Positions 24,691-37,614 of a stretch of 64,000 nucleotides of DNA are shown in pieces (the stretch's first letter is position 1; the number at the start of each line of letters is the position of its first letter). This stretch comes from the human T2T-CHM13v2.0 reference genome, Homo sapiens, in the NCBI RefSeq assembly GCF_009914755.1, contig NC_060932.1. One strand, 5' to 3'. Position numbers and translations under genes: made by a program. The notes under the pieces were generated by a model. It saw only the letters and a program-made list of their open reading frames with translations. It ran no database searches and had not been told where the DNA came from.

Positions 24691-27189
24691 CTTCTGCTTG
24701 TCCAGTAAATAAATACAATATTTTATTATTGTTGTTCTCCTTCCTGTCAGTTTTTTCAACTCTGTGACACAGCAATGACCTCTGCTCCTTCAGGCCGTTT
24801 GTCCCAGGAAAAGCAGCAGCTGACTCTTCCTCTTAGTGAGCCACTGTGATCCATGCCAAGCCATTTGCCACTCTCATGATTCCCAAGATGAAGGGGAAAT
24901 GGTAGCAGGAAGGGCCAAAAGTCTGCGTAGATGGAGTTATACTTCTGCTTAGATTCTGGTACTCTCCTAGCTACATAAACTCGAGATTTTCTTTGGGCTT
25001 TAATTTCCTAACTTACAAAATGCCAGACTCCAACTGGAACATTTCTATGCATTTTCCATATCTAGAATTGCACAATGGATAGTGTATTTACTTAAACTTA
25101 ACAAACATTTACTGAATACCTGCTCAATGCAGAGCATTATGTTCTTTGCTGTGGACAGAAAAAGAAATGAATAAATAGAAGCCACGCTCACAACCACAAG
25201 GAATTTTTATCTAGGATGGCGGGCAACAGTATAAGTAACCATGATGGAACACCCTATGTGAATTGGGAAGACCTGGGTTCAAATATCATTTTCTGTTTCA
25301 TAACTGTGTATCACCTTAGACAAATTATTATTTTAACCTTAATTTTCTCATTTGTAAAATAGGCTCGATAATACTTTTCTCATGAGATTTGGATCATTGA
25401 TTGTACTTGTAAATGTTCTTAAAAGTATTCAAAGAATGCTTTCGAAAATACATTACTGAAAAGAAAGAATATAGGGATATCAGCAAGAAGAATATATACT
25501 ATGAGAATTTAAAACTGTATATGGGATCATGGACTAAATTAATTTCCTTCCACCATTTTCAACATAACTAAGCAAGATTTCAGATTGCAATATGCATCGT
25601 AAACGGCATAAGGATTTAAAATCTAGACACCAAACAAAAATTTTTCATTAAGCCCTCTTTTAACTCACAACCCACAGAAATCACCATATGCTTTTGGTGG
25701 AAGATGTGTTTCTACTCATGCATGGTTTGTGTGAGGTCTTTTGTGAAGATGGCCAAGGATTGTACAAGTTGCCTGCTATCTCAAAATCCAAATTTCTGTA
25801 AGAGGCAGCAACATGTATAGGAGTAAAATAAATAAATAAAATGTATTTTTCAATGGTAAGCAAAAAGAGAAGAAGCCTTTCTTTTCCACACTTGATATTT
25901 TCTTCCACATAAAAGGGTATTGACTAGCATAAAATGCATGGAGCCTCTTCTCCTGCTTACTCGTTCCTACCCAGAGAGGGTGACTCAAACCAATAGGCTG
26001 GGTTGAAAGAAGAAACAGGGCATGTACAGCCTGCATCCTCTTCTTCTCATTTCTACACTGCTCCTTCTCTCCTGTTTGCATTACAGAGCTGGGTCTGCTC
26101 CTGAAGAGGGAGACGTGGCTTGGTGCAGTGCTCCCTGCAGCAGAGAAGAGGAGCCAGCCTATCTCTATGGTGCTGTGCTGACATGCCGGCTTGCCCACAG
26201 ATGTGTTGTCACATCCTACCGTAACATCTTTATTGGTGATAAATGCTATACTGTGGCCTACATCTACCTAACTCCATCTTGTGTCTTAATTTATTTGTAA
26301 TGCAAGTGAGAGAAAAAAAGCGTTAATTATTGAGTTTCCTTGATTTCCAACATTCAAGAAGCTGTTGACTACCCCAGGGGGCCTCTGGTTTCCCTACCTA
26401 AATAGATGGGTTTATACCGATTCAGCTGCATTGTCTTCTTTCCTCACTCCTGATGGTTTCATGCATTTTTCAGGGTAACTGTGGGCTAATGCAACAAATT
26501 CCCACATTGACTCTGAATATTTTAAAGCTGAGTCAATGAGTGGGAAGAATTTAATTTAATAATCATTTCATCCCCTGCCTGTGAAATATTCCATAAAAAG
26601 ATGTCAAGAAATACTCTGATAATTACAAACATAAAATTTTAATATATCATTTTAATGTTAAAAGGAACTTATTACATTGCATTACTATTAGACACATGAC
26701 AAAAATAAAATACATATTAAAATGGGACATGTATATGCAACATGAGGCGCATGCCACTTAACCAGTTTATAAATGAAGAAAAAACTGAAGTGGAAGGAGA
26801 TGAAAGTTACACTGCCCATTAGTAGCCAAGCTGGATGCAGATGGTGGATTTGGGAATGTCGTCGTTAAGCCCTGATGCTGGTACCTTTCCTAAACATTCA
26901 TCACATGGCAGAGCTCACGCACTGACTACTGGTAAATTCGGAGCTCCCACAAAAATGCTGTCTGTCCAGATCAATTTAGCAAATACTAATTTGACTTGAA
27001 CTTTCCATACGCCACAGTCTGTGTCATTTGGGTAAAAGGACAATATACTAGATAGATATGGACCATACCCTCATGGAGAATATTGGAAAGAATCCAATTG
27101 TATTTGTCAGTTAAATAAGCAATAGCTAGCAAAAAAATATATATTTTCTAAAACTGAAAGTGCCATTTAGAAAATATATATATTATGGT

Positions 27190-27790
27190 TTTTATTGCTA
27201 TGTTTCTTATAATAGGAAAAAATAAGGAGAAAAATTTGAATGTCAATCATTAGAAGATGGTATAATAAATACTTGTATGTTCACTCTATGGAAGGCTAGT
27301 GCAGTTACTTAATAAAATGAGATAGATGTACAAGAAGGGTTTTGGGAAAATGTAATGATTTATTTAAAAAAATGAGTTGTGTGGATGATTCTATTTTTGT
27401 AAAAAAACAATAGCAGCAATAGTATTTATGTATCTACCTTATATGGTTGTTTAGGAAGGGAACAAGTAAGGAAGATTCATACCAAATTTGTATAGTGGCT
27501 ACGTCAGCTAGGCCAACTTTTGAATTGTAACACAGAGAATTAGTACTTTTAACTAAAAGCACTGAAACAAATGATTTACTGGTGAAAAAAATGCAAAGTG
27601 CTAAGTAGAAAAAATAGACTACATCTCAACTAAGAAAAATAAATAGGTAAATGGTAGAGATAAAAGTGTCAAGATGTTAATATTTGCCTCAAGGTAGCAC
27701 AATGATCATTATGGTTACATTTTGTATCTCTCTCTGGACACTTTTATGTACTTTCTAAATAAGCATGCATTAATTTAACAATCAGGAAAA
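27190..27790 (+). mobile_element. Degraded L1ME-type 3' fragments
   Basis: AAAATTTGAATGTCAATCATTAGAAGATGGTATAATAAAT...TACTTTCTAAATAAGCATGCATTAATTTAACAATCAGGAAAAAA. Confidence 0.45.
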
Positions 27791-29159
27791 AATTAAATTT
27801 GTAAGGAAGTTAATTGTGCTCTTTGACTTATTAATTTCACTCTTCAGTTTCTTTTTAAACATAAAACATACCAAAAGGACACAAATGAGACTACTTTCTT
27901 TTAATGTAATTATAAGGTGAGACTATACCCTTATTTCAGTAAAGATTATTTAACAGTTTTTGGAAATTCCTCTGGATTTTCAACTGTATTCAGCAAAATC
28001 ATTGGAATATTATACCCATTCCAATTAAGCGGACATTTATCTTTGAGCTGATCTGGGCGTGATAACCAATTTCCAGTCCTTCTGGGTAAGGCTCGCTTCA
28101 CACTAATCTGTAGCATCATGACGTAAATTCACAGAAAAAAGCACATCTCTCAGAAATTCCGCAGGACTTTCCCCTCTAGCTATTAACTATTTAAAAAGAG
28201 GCCTACTCTCAAGCCAATAAAAAAAAATTAATTAATAGAATACTTCTCGCACAGAGATTTATATTCTCAAACTTGAGGAGCTTAACACTTGAATAATTGC
28301 TGATTTGTATGTGTGTGAAGAGTTAGGATAAAGTCTACTATCTACTCGAGAAACATTTATTGGTTGTCCAATTGTTTCATCTTCTCATCTTTCGGAAGCA
28401 TAGTGGCAGATTAGATAGAAATTACCCTAAGGGTGCTGTGGACATTTGCCCAAACCACTTCTGAGGTGCTGGGATTGGTCATCCCTACATCCCAGGGAGT
28501 AGGGATGAAGAGACGGGACGTACATAGGGAATTGTGAGGCTTGGTTCTATAGAGAAAATCCAGGATTCTGTTAGAACACTCTGCACATGGAGTGAGTGAA
28601 AACCTGAGATGAAGTTCTGTCACTTTCAAGTGTTTTGAATTTGAGCAAGTCAGTTAACCTCTGAGCAGCAAATCTCTGAATTAATCTGTGCTGAACTGAG
28701 AACAGTTATAATAATACACAAGTACTTTACAAAGTTATTGTGAGGGTTAGAGTATATATGCAAAAGTATATTTTATAAAGCATGAAGTTCAATATATAAA
28801 TCAAATATATTAATACTTAAGGACATATACCTATCCCTTGGGATAGGTAACACAGTGTCTTCCACTTGGTCATTACTCATTAAATATTTGTTACATTTAT
28901 TTCATGAGACAAGACATATATTGGTGATAAAGTGGTGTCTTGGCAGCTATTTTAACTAGAAAAGCCAGGGTTCTCTGGGTAATACGAAATTAAAGAACAG
29001 TTATCAAACGTTGCCTGGGCACACAGTACCTAGCATCGTGCAATCTGAGAACTGGTGTGATAACCTGTGATCACTTGACTCAGCCTTCTACTGGTGGCTG
29101 GTATTTTCTCATCTACTCTTTTCTAGAGTGCCAATTCATTGTTTCAGTGATTCAATGTG

Positions 29160-30530
29160 ACTCATTCATTCAGTTATTCAGCCAGCAAAGATTTTTTGAG
29201 AACTAAGTATGTTGTAGACTCTCTACCAGGAACAGTTGATATAATGGTGAGGAAAGACATACACACCATCTTGTCTTTATGGCACTTAAGACAGATAATT
29301 GTCAAGTAATCACACAAACCACTGTAACCTCAACAATTGACGGGAAGGAGAGAGACATGATTCCACAGAGGCCTGTAATTTCCATGCTTGATTTAGTCAG
29401 AGAGGTCAGGAAAGACTTCTCCAAGAGGAAGGTGCATGGACTTAAATACAAAGATGAAAGGTAATGTCCAGAAGCTGAAGAAGGAAAAGAAGGACATCCT
29501 AGGCAGAGGAAACAACTTGTGCAAAGGCCCTGAGGCAAGAGGAAGCACAGCAGTATGAGCAAATGTAAGAAGGCCAGAGTGGCTGAACTGCAGAGTTAGG
29601 GACTTGGAGGGGAACGTGAGGCTGGGAGGTTCATGGCAGCTGAAGACCATGCAAGACTTGAAGTCTATGTTAAGGAGTTTGCAGTGTTTCCAAAGAGCAT
29701 TAGGAAGCTATAAGTAAACAGAGGTATCATGACCAGATCTGTATTTTGGAAAAAAAAAATTGCTTGCATTATGGTTGCAACGTTAGACGAGAGATGGGCC
29801 AGGGTTGCAGTATTAGTTTTCTATTGCTGCTGAAACAAATTACTACAAACTCAGTGGCTTAAAACATCACAGTTTCTGTAAGTCAGGGATCTGGGCACAG
29901 AATGGCCAACAGAGTTCTCTGTCTAGAGCTAAATAAGATGGAAATCAAGGTGTCGGACAGGGCTGCAATTCTCATCTTAATCTCACTGGTTGTTGGCCTA
30001 CTTCATTTCCCTCTCCTGCTTTCCACGAAGCCTCTCCCATCTTCAAGGCAGCAAACCCAAGTCAAGACCTTCTCACACTTTTTCTCTCTCCTACTTCCCC
30101 CTCTGTCCCTCTCTCTTACTTCCTCCTCTGCCTTCAGCTGGGAGACAGTTTGCTTCTAAGGGTTCATGTGATTACAATGGGCTCACCTGGATAATCCAGG
30201 CTATTTTCCCTATTCTAATGTTAAACTGAGAGTGTGTTAAATTGATTAGTATTCTTCCTAATCTGCAAATTCCCCTTTTCCATGGAACTTAAGCTATCTA
30301 CAGATGTGACATCAGGGGGCAAAGTCTGGGGTCCAAAATTCTTCAAGCAGATACAATTAGCAAATTATTCTGATAGTTCAAGCCAGAGAGGTTGGTTAGC
30401 TGGATGTGGATGGTGTTGGTAGAGATGGAGAAAAGTGTATATGTTAGAGGAATTTTAGACGAATGATGGAGAGAAAGCTATAAAGGAAGGCTCCTAGATC
30501 TCTTGCTTGCACAGTTGGATGAGTTAGGTG
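29160..30530 (-). mobile_element. L2 LINE interrupted by a MaLR LTR
   Basis: CATTCATTCA tail, GGTCAGGAAAGACTTCTC, TGTGCAAAGGCCCTGAGGCAAGA; L2 resumes after ~30345. Confidence 0.75.
29810..30345 (-). mobile_element. MLT1 (MaLR) LTR
   Basis: GTATTAGTTTTCTATTGCTGCTGAAACAAATTACTACAAACTCAGTGGCTTAAAAC...GGGCTCACCTGGATAATCCAGG. Confidence 0.8.
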
Positions 30531-30721
30531 CTCACCCATTCACGTATTCTTCTCCCCTGTACCTCCAGTCTTACTGCCCCACTTCTAGCCTATTTTGATC
30601 CTGCATGTCAAATTGTCTCTGCATTTCTTTATTTCTGCAGAGGGGCTGTAGCTCTGCAGGAGCTCCTGGCCTCCTCCCATTACTGAAAATAAATACCAGG
30701 GAAAATCTGTTTCTTTAGTAA

Positions 30722-31128
<407 letters not shown>

Positions 31129-31239
31129 AACTACTGCTTTTAAGGTAGACTTTATCTCAGTTTGCTCAGTAGATATAATTTTTTTTTTTACAGAAAAGGG
31201 ATAAAACACACTCTTTTATAACTGGATTATTTTCCTTAG

Positions 31240-31550
31240 TGATGTACCCTGACCTTGTATGTCACCATTTATAGATTTTTTGGTTCTTTTAAACAGTGGC
31301 ATAGCATTTGATTTTTAAATGGATGTACCATAATTTATTTAACTTGTCTCTTACTAGTGGGCATAAGGCCTGTTTTTAATTTTTGCTATTATAAACAATG
31401 TTCTAATCAGTAGCTAGGTATAGATATCTTTGGCCACTTTTGTGATAGGTCTCTGGTATCACTTTCTAGTATTGGAACTGCTAGATCAAACATTATACAT
31501 ATTTAACATTTTAACTGTTATTACAAAATTGTCCTTCAGAAGACCTCTGT
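31240..31550 (-). mobile_element. Old L1M fragment
   Basis: ATGGATGTACCATAATTTATTTAAC...TTTTTGCTATTATAAACAATG...GGAACTGCTAGATCAAA. Confidence 0.7.
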
Positions 31551-32009
31551 AGTATGTTTGTTTCACCTTATCTGGGAATGCCAGGTGCAGGGAGAATTCA
31601 GCTTCACCTAGAACCAAAGGAAACCCTGTCAGTGAAAAGTCTCAGATGAGACCAAGGCTATCTCTTCAAATAGTTTAGAATATGCAAGATTTAACAAAGA
31701 TAACATATTTGCCTAGTGTTCCTGGTACTCTGCTGGGTACTGGGGATAGTACCTCAAGCCTCCCTCACCCTAGTTGGTAAACAGCAGGCTAGTGCAGCGG
31801 TTAAAGGAGCATGGGTGAGGGTGAGGGGATTAGTTGGGGGATGTTTCTTATTTAAGCTGAATTATTTTGATGAAAAGGATTTTGGAGGGAAAATGTTTTT
31901 GTGTCAGTCATTAAGTAGCCCAGTGGATTAGTAGAATGATAAACAGATTTTTGCAGTTTAAGGAATGGGGTACAGGAAATGAAAGCAAGTGATCTCAGCC
32001 TGTTTCTCA

Positions 32010-32475
32010 ACCAGTTAAGAATGTTTTCTACTGCAAGTGACAGAAGTGGATAATGATGGCTTAAACAAGTAGGGGATTATTTTTTTCTGAGACAAAGGTC
32101 TAAATGTGGGAGGCTGAGGATTGGTTCAGTGGCTCAATGTGTCAGGGCCAGTGTCTCTGCAGTTCTCTTGGCCCTTCTCTCATGGTGGCAAAACAGCTGC
32201 CTCTATATCTGGTGTCACATCTGCATTCGAGCCAAGAGGAAGGAAGAAACGGCGGTGGCGGGACATCTGCCTCTGCATCAGGAAGGCAAAGCTTTCCCAG
32301 AAGCCCCAACAACAGATTTCTGTTGCTGTTTACTGGTTACCACTAGCTGGAAGAGAAGGCGAAAGTGTAAAGAACAGAATGGCATAATTGGCTTAGTCTG
32401 ACTATGACCATTGCGGGGATGTGGGCACACGGATTCCCAAACAAAATCCAGGCACTTCTAACTAAGAAGAAGAGG
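32010..32475 (-). mobile_element. Old MLT1 (K/L/M-type) LTR
   Basis: CAGTTAAGAATGTTTTCTACTGCAAGTGACAGAA...TGGCTTAAACAAGTAGGG...CTTTCCCAGAAGCCCC. Confidence 0.65.
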
Positions 32476-33030
32476 GGTATAGATATTAGGAAATTACTAC
32501 AGCTATCTCTTTGTGGGTTAGATTTTGAAGGGCCTGGTAAACTATGCTGAGGAACAGGAACTTTCTAGTACACCAAAGGCAACCACCCAAGTTCTTACAT
32601 GGTTTATAAGGGTTGTTAGTAGTGGCCATTCTTTCCCAGATAATTTCAAGATTCTGGACTTGGTGGAAGATTATTTCAGAGTGACAGCTACTGATCAAAT
32701 GAACAACTCTCCTTACTTGCCTTATAATATGAAAGGACAAGATTGTGCTATCTCTTTCATCTGTAAAGCTTTCCTTGACTTCAAAAAGAATCTTATAAAC
32801 AAAAGCTTTTCACAGGATGTGGAGATGAAAACAAGTTATAAAAGCAGTTTACATACCATGGTTTAGAACAAATCATAAGGGATGAACAAACAAACCCTTT
32901 TTAGTTAAAAAAAATTTCCATGTTTACACACACGTGTATAATTACTATCAAGATATCATGCATTTTGAAACATCTTTATTTAGGTGGTCATACAGCTCCC
33001 ATGGGCCATAATGTTTATGGTTGCACATAG

Positions 33031-33358
33031 TTTTTTTTGTTTGTTTTTGTGGGTTTTTTTAAATTTTTTTTTTATTTTTTGAGACAAGAGTCTCACTTTG
33101 TTGCCCAGACTGGAGTGCAGTGGCGCAATCTTGGCTCACTCCAACTTCCACCTCCCAGGCTCAAGCAATTCTCATGCCTCAGCCTCCTGAGTAGCTAGGA
33201 CTACAGGTGTGTGCCACCTTGCCTGGCTAATTTTTGTATTTTTAGTAGAGATGGGGTTTCACCATGTTGGCCAGGCTGGTCTTGAACACCTGACTTCAAG
33301 TACCTGCCTCAGCCTCTCAAAGTCCTAGGTATACAGGCAACAGCCACCATATCTAGCT
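33031..33358 (-). mobile_element. AluS/J, diverged
   Basis: Reverse Alu dimer with a long interrupted T tail. Confidence 0.9.
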
Positions 33359-34329
33359 CAGTTTTTCTTAAATATAAAGTAATTTTTGTCCACACCAAAT
33401 CAGAGTAGCTGAGAACTACTGCTAAATACTCCATAGTTAGTTTATCTATAAATTAATATTTATTCATTCTGATACATTGATATGTTTATGTTTAGTACAG
33501 AGATACATTTGAACATAGAAAATCAGAATAGGAAGTTCACCATAAATATTACATAAGTGAAACACTAAAAGTGACCTGTCATAAACCTCAAGAGAATGCT
33601 TGGATATTATGAACTGGCTTTATCATTACTATTCTCTTATTAAACATTTAAAGTCTTTCAATATAATAGGGAAGGATTACTTTCATAAATAAACTATTGC
33701 TCTTTTAAAAAACTAAACACTATTGTAAAGGTATAATTTCTTGTGTGGAAATATTAGTAAGAAAATTGTGAATCAAACTATATTCTTTATTCTTTAGTTA
33801 CTCTTCAGGGTTATGCCCCATAGCATATGAGTAAATGGTTTTAATATTTTTAGTAAGAAAATTTTGATCACATTAAATGTTATTTAATGTTGTTATTGAT
33901 AGCAAAGAAAAAGGGCATAAATGTTTCAAATTTGCCATTACAAAAATTACTTGACACGAGCGACTAGGTTTATCCCACATAAATTAATGTGAACACACCC
34001 AGAGGGACACAAAAGGAAAAAAATACCATAGATGAAGACTCAGCAATGAGGAAAACACCAATATTTGCCCATAACCCTGCCCCACCATATATGAAAAATC
34101 CATTGATGATTGAGTGCTTTCAAAATAATTGGCACAATCCCTTCTCTCACAAGAATATTGGAGATGATCAAACAAAACCTGCTTTTTTATTTTTAAATTA
34201 AAATTTTTCCTTTCCCTTTCCCTTCCCTTGTCCTTCCCCCTTCTGTCTTGCTGGTACTGAGCACTCTGGGCTGCCCTGCATATTACTCCAAAATAAGATC
34301 AGGGCTGTCATCCTTCCTGCTTTACCAGC

Positions 34330-34715
34330 TGTGTCAGTCTGGGCCCCGTGGGAAGCCGATGCCGAGCATGCAAGAGGATTACCTGGGGAATTGTCTGTAG
34401 AGAATGCAAGGAGGGAGTAGGAGTCCAGTCCACTGAGAGAGGCTCCAGACTGATCTACAGATCTGACACCTACAAGAGGAGAAAGAGTAGGAAGGATTAC
34501 GTACAGAGAGTCTCAGATCACAGCAGTTTTGAAAGTCTCAGCCAAGCCAACGGGAAGTCCCTAAGACACTGAGCTTTACCACTGAAGAAGCTTCATGCTG
34601 GCCAGGAAGGATGACTTTGGAGTAAATAACATTGTGGTCACAAAGGAGTAACTACTGGAGAGACTGTTCATCAGGTCTGCTCCCCAAGCAGTTTCCCCTG
34701 AAGGAGGCCACCACA
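34330..34715. mobile_element. LTR16-like (ERVL) LTR
   Basis: TGTCAGTCTGGGCCCCGTGGGAAGCCGATGCCGAG...GATCTGACACCT...CTCAGATCACAGCAG...GCCAAGCCAACGGGAAGTCC. Confidence 0.55.
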
Positions 34716-35571
34716 CCAGCATTGTCTTCCTTTTTCAGCATTATCTTTCCTTTTTCCTTCCAGAAAAAGGATGTTGGATGTTATTTCTCTATCCAAAAGC
34801 CTTCAGTAACTCCTTTTTGGCCAGAAAATAATGCTGCAACATGCATTGAAGGTTTCTGAAAGCTTGACCTTGGCTTCATTTACACCTCTATTTTTAGAGT
34901 ATTTCTCCCTAATTTCTATTTTCCAGCCACAGACAACTTCGCACCATAATCTGGAGTTTGAATGCAGTGTGAAGCCTCTGAGCTTTTGCTCACTCTGTTC
35001 CTATACCTCCATACTCTCCTGAGCCTCTCAAAATACTACCCTCCTTTCCATATCCAGGCAGGTGTCTTTCTTGAGCCATCTATTCAGAATGCATCACTTT
35101 TGTGTTCAAATACCGTGTGGTTCAGATGTCTACTTGGTGTGAATTTCACTTTACTTTATTTTATGTCTTTCCTTCAAAGATCTAGAAGACAGAAACTATA
35201 TTTCTAGGACCCTGCTAGGTCTTGTGCTTAGTGGTGGTCATTTGATGAGTGTTTACTGAAAATAAATTAACCCAAATGCAGGAGAGGACGTTTGTTTGTG
35301 AGGAGGTGAGTTGCAGGAAGAAAGATGGAATCATCTAAGGAAAGTCAGAGACATTTCTGTACACATTGTCACTGAATTCTCTTTGCTTCTCAAGGAGAGG
35401 CCGAAGATTTCCTTTCCTGGAACTTGAAACAGAGTGTCCAGAAGGCTTGAGAGATAAGGGGCAGGGAAGCAAAGATGTCTTCCCTTTTATGGAACTCTTT
35501 GGGAGCCCAGCTCTAAAGGAGAGAATCAAATCCGTGTTTTCCTGTGTAATTCTTCCCTTTCTTTCTTACGT

Positions 35572-36033
35572 GTACCTGTGTGGTCCAGGATTCTCCCTCC
35601 TAGTTCTCGTGTGGTACCTGTGTGGTCCAGGATTCTCCCTCCTAGTTCTCGTGTGGTACCTGTGTGGTCCAGGATTCTCCCTCCTAGTTCTCGTGTGGTA
35701 CCTGTGTGGTCCAGGATTCTCCCTCCTAGTTCTCGTGTGGTACCTGTGTGGTCCAGGATTCTCCCTCCTAGTTCTCGTGTGGTACCTGTGTGGTCCAGGA
35801 TTCTCCCTCCTAGTTCTCGTGTGGTACCTGTGTGGTCCAGGATTCTCCCTCCTAGTTCTCGTGTGGTACCTGTGTGGTCCAGGATTCTCCCTCCTAGTTC
35901 TCGTGTGGTACCTGTGTGGTCCAGGATTCTCCCTCCTAGTTCTCGTGTGGTACCTGTGTGGTCCAGGATTCTCCCTCCTAGTTCTCGTGTGGTACCTGTG
36001 TGGTCCAGGATTCTCCCTCCTAGTTCTCGTGTG
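35572..36033. repeat. Minisatellite/VNTR: 11 identical copies of a 42-bp unit
   Basis: GTACCTGTGTGGTCCAGGATTCTCCCTCCTAGTTCTCGTGTG x11 = 462 bp, no variants or spacers seen. Confidence 0.98.
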
Positions 36034-36689
36034 AAGATTAAACTGTGAAGTTTCTTCTCACGTCTGCTGATGTTTACCTTTGGGTCCCCATCACCCAGCC
36101 GAGGGCCTGACAGGGAGTGGGCACAGAGTAAATGGCTGGAGCAAGCTGCACAGAACTAACTGTGGCGTGCAGTGAGCGAGGAAGCAGAAATCTGATACTC
36201 AGAGGGCGATTGCGAAGGAATCACAGGGAGAATTACAGTGACTGAAAAGTAGCAGGAGGTGAAAGGACAGATGGCAGGATGCAGTAAAGAAAATGGAAGG
36301 GAGACACTTGGCTTTGCCATGATTAGTTGAACTAGACGACTTTGGACCCACAATAGAAGTAGAAATATTAATTGGATTCAAGTTAGCAAGTCTTTATTGC
36401 ACGCTCATTTCTACAATGAGCCATCCTCATTTCTGTAGCTGAGTAAAAAAAAGAGTAGAAGAATATGACTAATTTCTGATTGCAAAGTAATTATAGTTCA
36501 GTTGAAATACATGTACAAACACACGTGAGATTGTTTAATTATGACACAGTAGAATATGACATCGAACTTCTTTCCCCTGCTGCATTTAACTTACCCATGA
36601 GTCTGAATGGCTTAATGTACAAAATAGACCCCATATCTGCCAACTTTTCTCCATGTTCCCCATACAAAGTCTCCACCTCTTTTGTCTCC

Positions 36690-37310
36690 CCTGGACCTGC
36701 AACAACCTCTTAACTGGTCTGCCTCATTCTAACTTTGTACCCTCATGGTCCATTCTCTGACCAGTAGTCAGAGAGATCTTTCAAAAAACACAAATCCTGT
36801 CTTGCCACTCTCCTGCAGAAAACCCTCCCATGCGTCTGGGTGCACCTGGAGTAAAAGGTAAAGTCCATGCGGGATCTAACTCTTGCCTGACTCTCAGCTC
36901 CTCTCTTCATGCCTCTCAGCATGCTTCCCTGTGCTTACTCTCCTCCTGCCACACCGCCCTTCTTCCTGTTCCCCCTATCTTTGCAGGGCTGGCTCCTTCT
37001 TGTCATTCAGGTCCCAGCTCAGATGTCACCTCCTCAGTGAAGCCTTCCCTGACTATCCCCCCAACCTAAACTATCTGTCCCCTCTCCAGCCACTTTCTTG
37101 TATTACCCTGTTATAGAGCTTCATAGTACTTAGCAGCATCTGAAATGTGTAAAATGCATTTATTGTCTGTCCCCGCCTCCCAGAATGTCCCCAGCTCCTT
37201 AAGAGGAGAGATCTCGTTTGTCTTTTTCATTGCTCTATTCCCAGTACCTAGCCTGATATCTTGTGCATAGGCAGCTCTCATCAAATAGTTATTGGGTGAA
37301 TGAATAAAAA
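36690..37310 (+). mobile_element. L2 LINE 3' end
   Basis: CAGCTCAGATGTCACCTCCTCAGTGAAGCCTTCCCTGAC...TATTCCCAGTACCTAGC...TGAATGAATAAA. Confidence 0.8.
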
Positions 37311-37571
37311 ACAGGAATTATTAGAGACAAAGAATGGAGATTGTAGCTCAGGGTAGTTGGGCAAAGTGCTTGGAGGAAGAAATATTATTTTAGCTATGAA
37401 GAATGGTGTGGGGAACAGAGGCTAAGAAGCAGCAATGTGCACATTTTTGTCAAAGGAAGACCCTGGCCAGGCTGGAGCAAAAGGTACACAACAATAACAG
37501 TGGGGCAGGTGTCATGACAGGGAGTTAAATTTGTATGGAATCAGAGGGCAAAAGAAAGTCATTACACTGCC

Positions 37572-37575
<4 letters not shown>

Positions 37576-37612
<37 letters not shown>
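37576..37612. repeat. (TG)n microsatellite, ~18 units
   Basis: Direct observation. Confidence 0.97.

Positions 37613-37614
<2 letters not shown>

Noticed and set aside
26022-26300. 92-aa ORF with signal-peptide-like N-terminus
   Set aside because: The hydrophobic stretch is simply the translation of a pyrimidine tract; no other coding evidence.
32525-32866. 113-aa ORF with protein-like composition
   Set aside because: TTG start in repeat-like sequence, no recognisable family, no polyA/TSD to suggest a processed pseudogene.
35572-36033. CRISPR-like array
   Set aside because: Units are contiguous with no unique spacers, no cas genes, and the context is primate DNA.
35366-36048. 222-aa and 156-aa repetitive ORFs (YLCGPGFSLLVLVW / VWSRILPPSSRVVP)n
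   Set aside because: By-product of a 42-bp (14-codon) unit. Listed starts are TTG/GTG, the in-frame ATG at 35489 lacks a -3 purine, and there is no promoter or splice context or synonymous variation.
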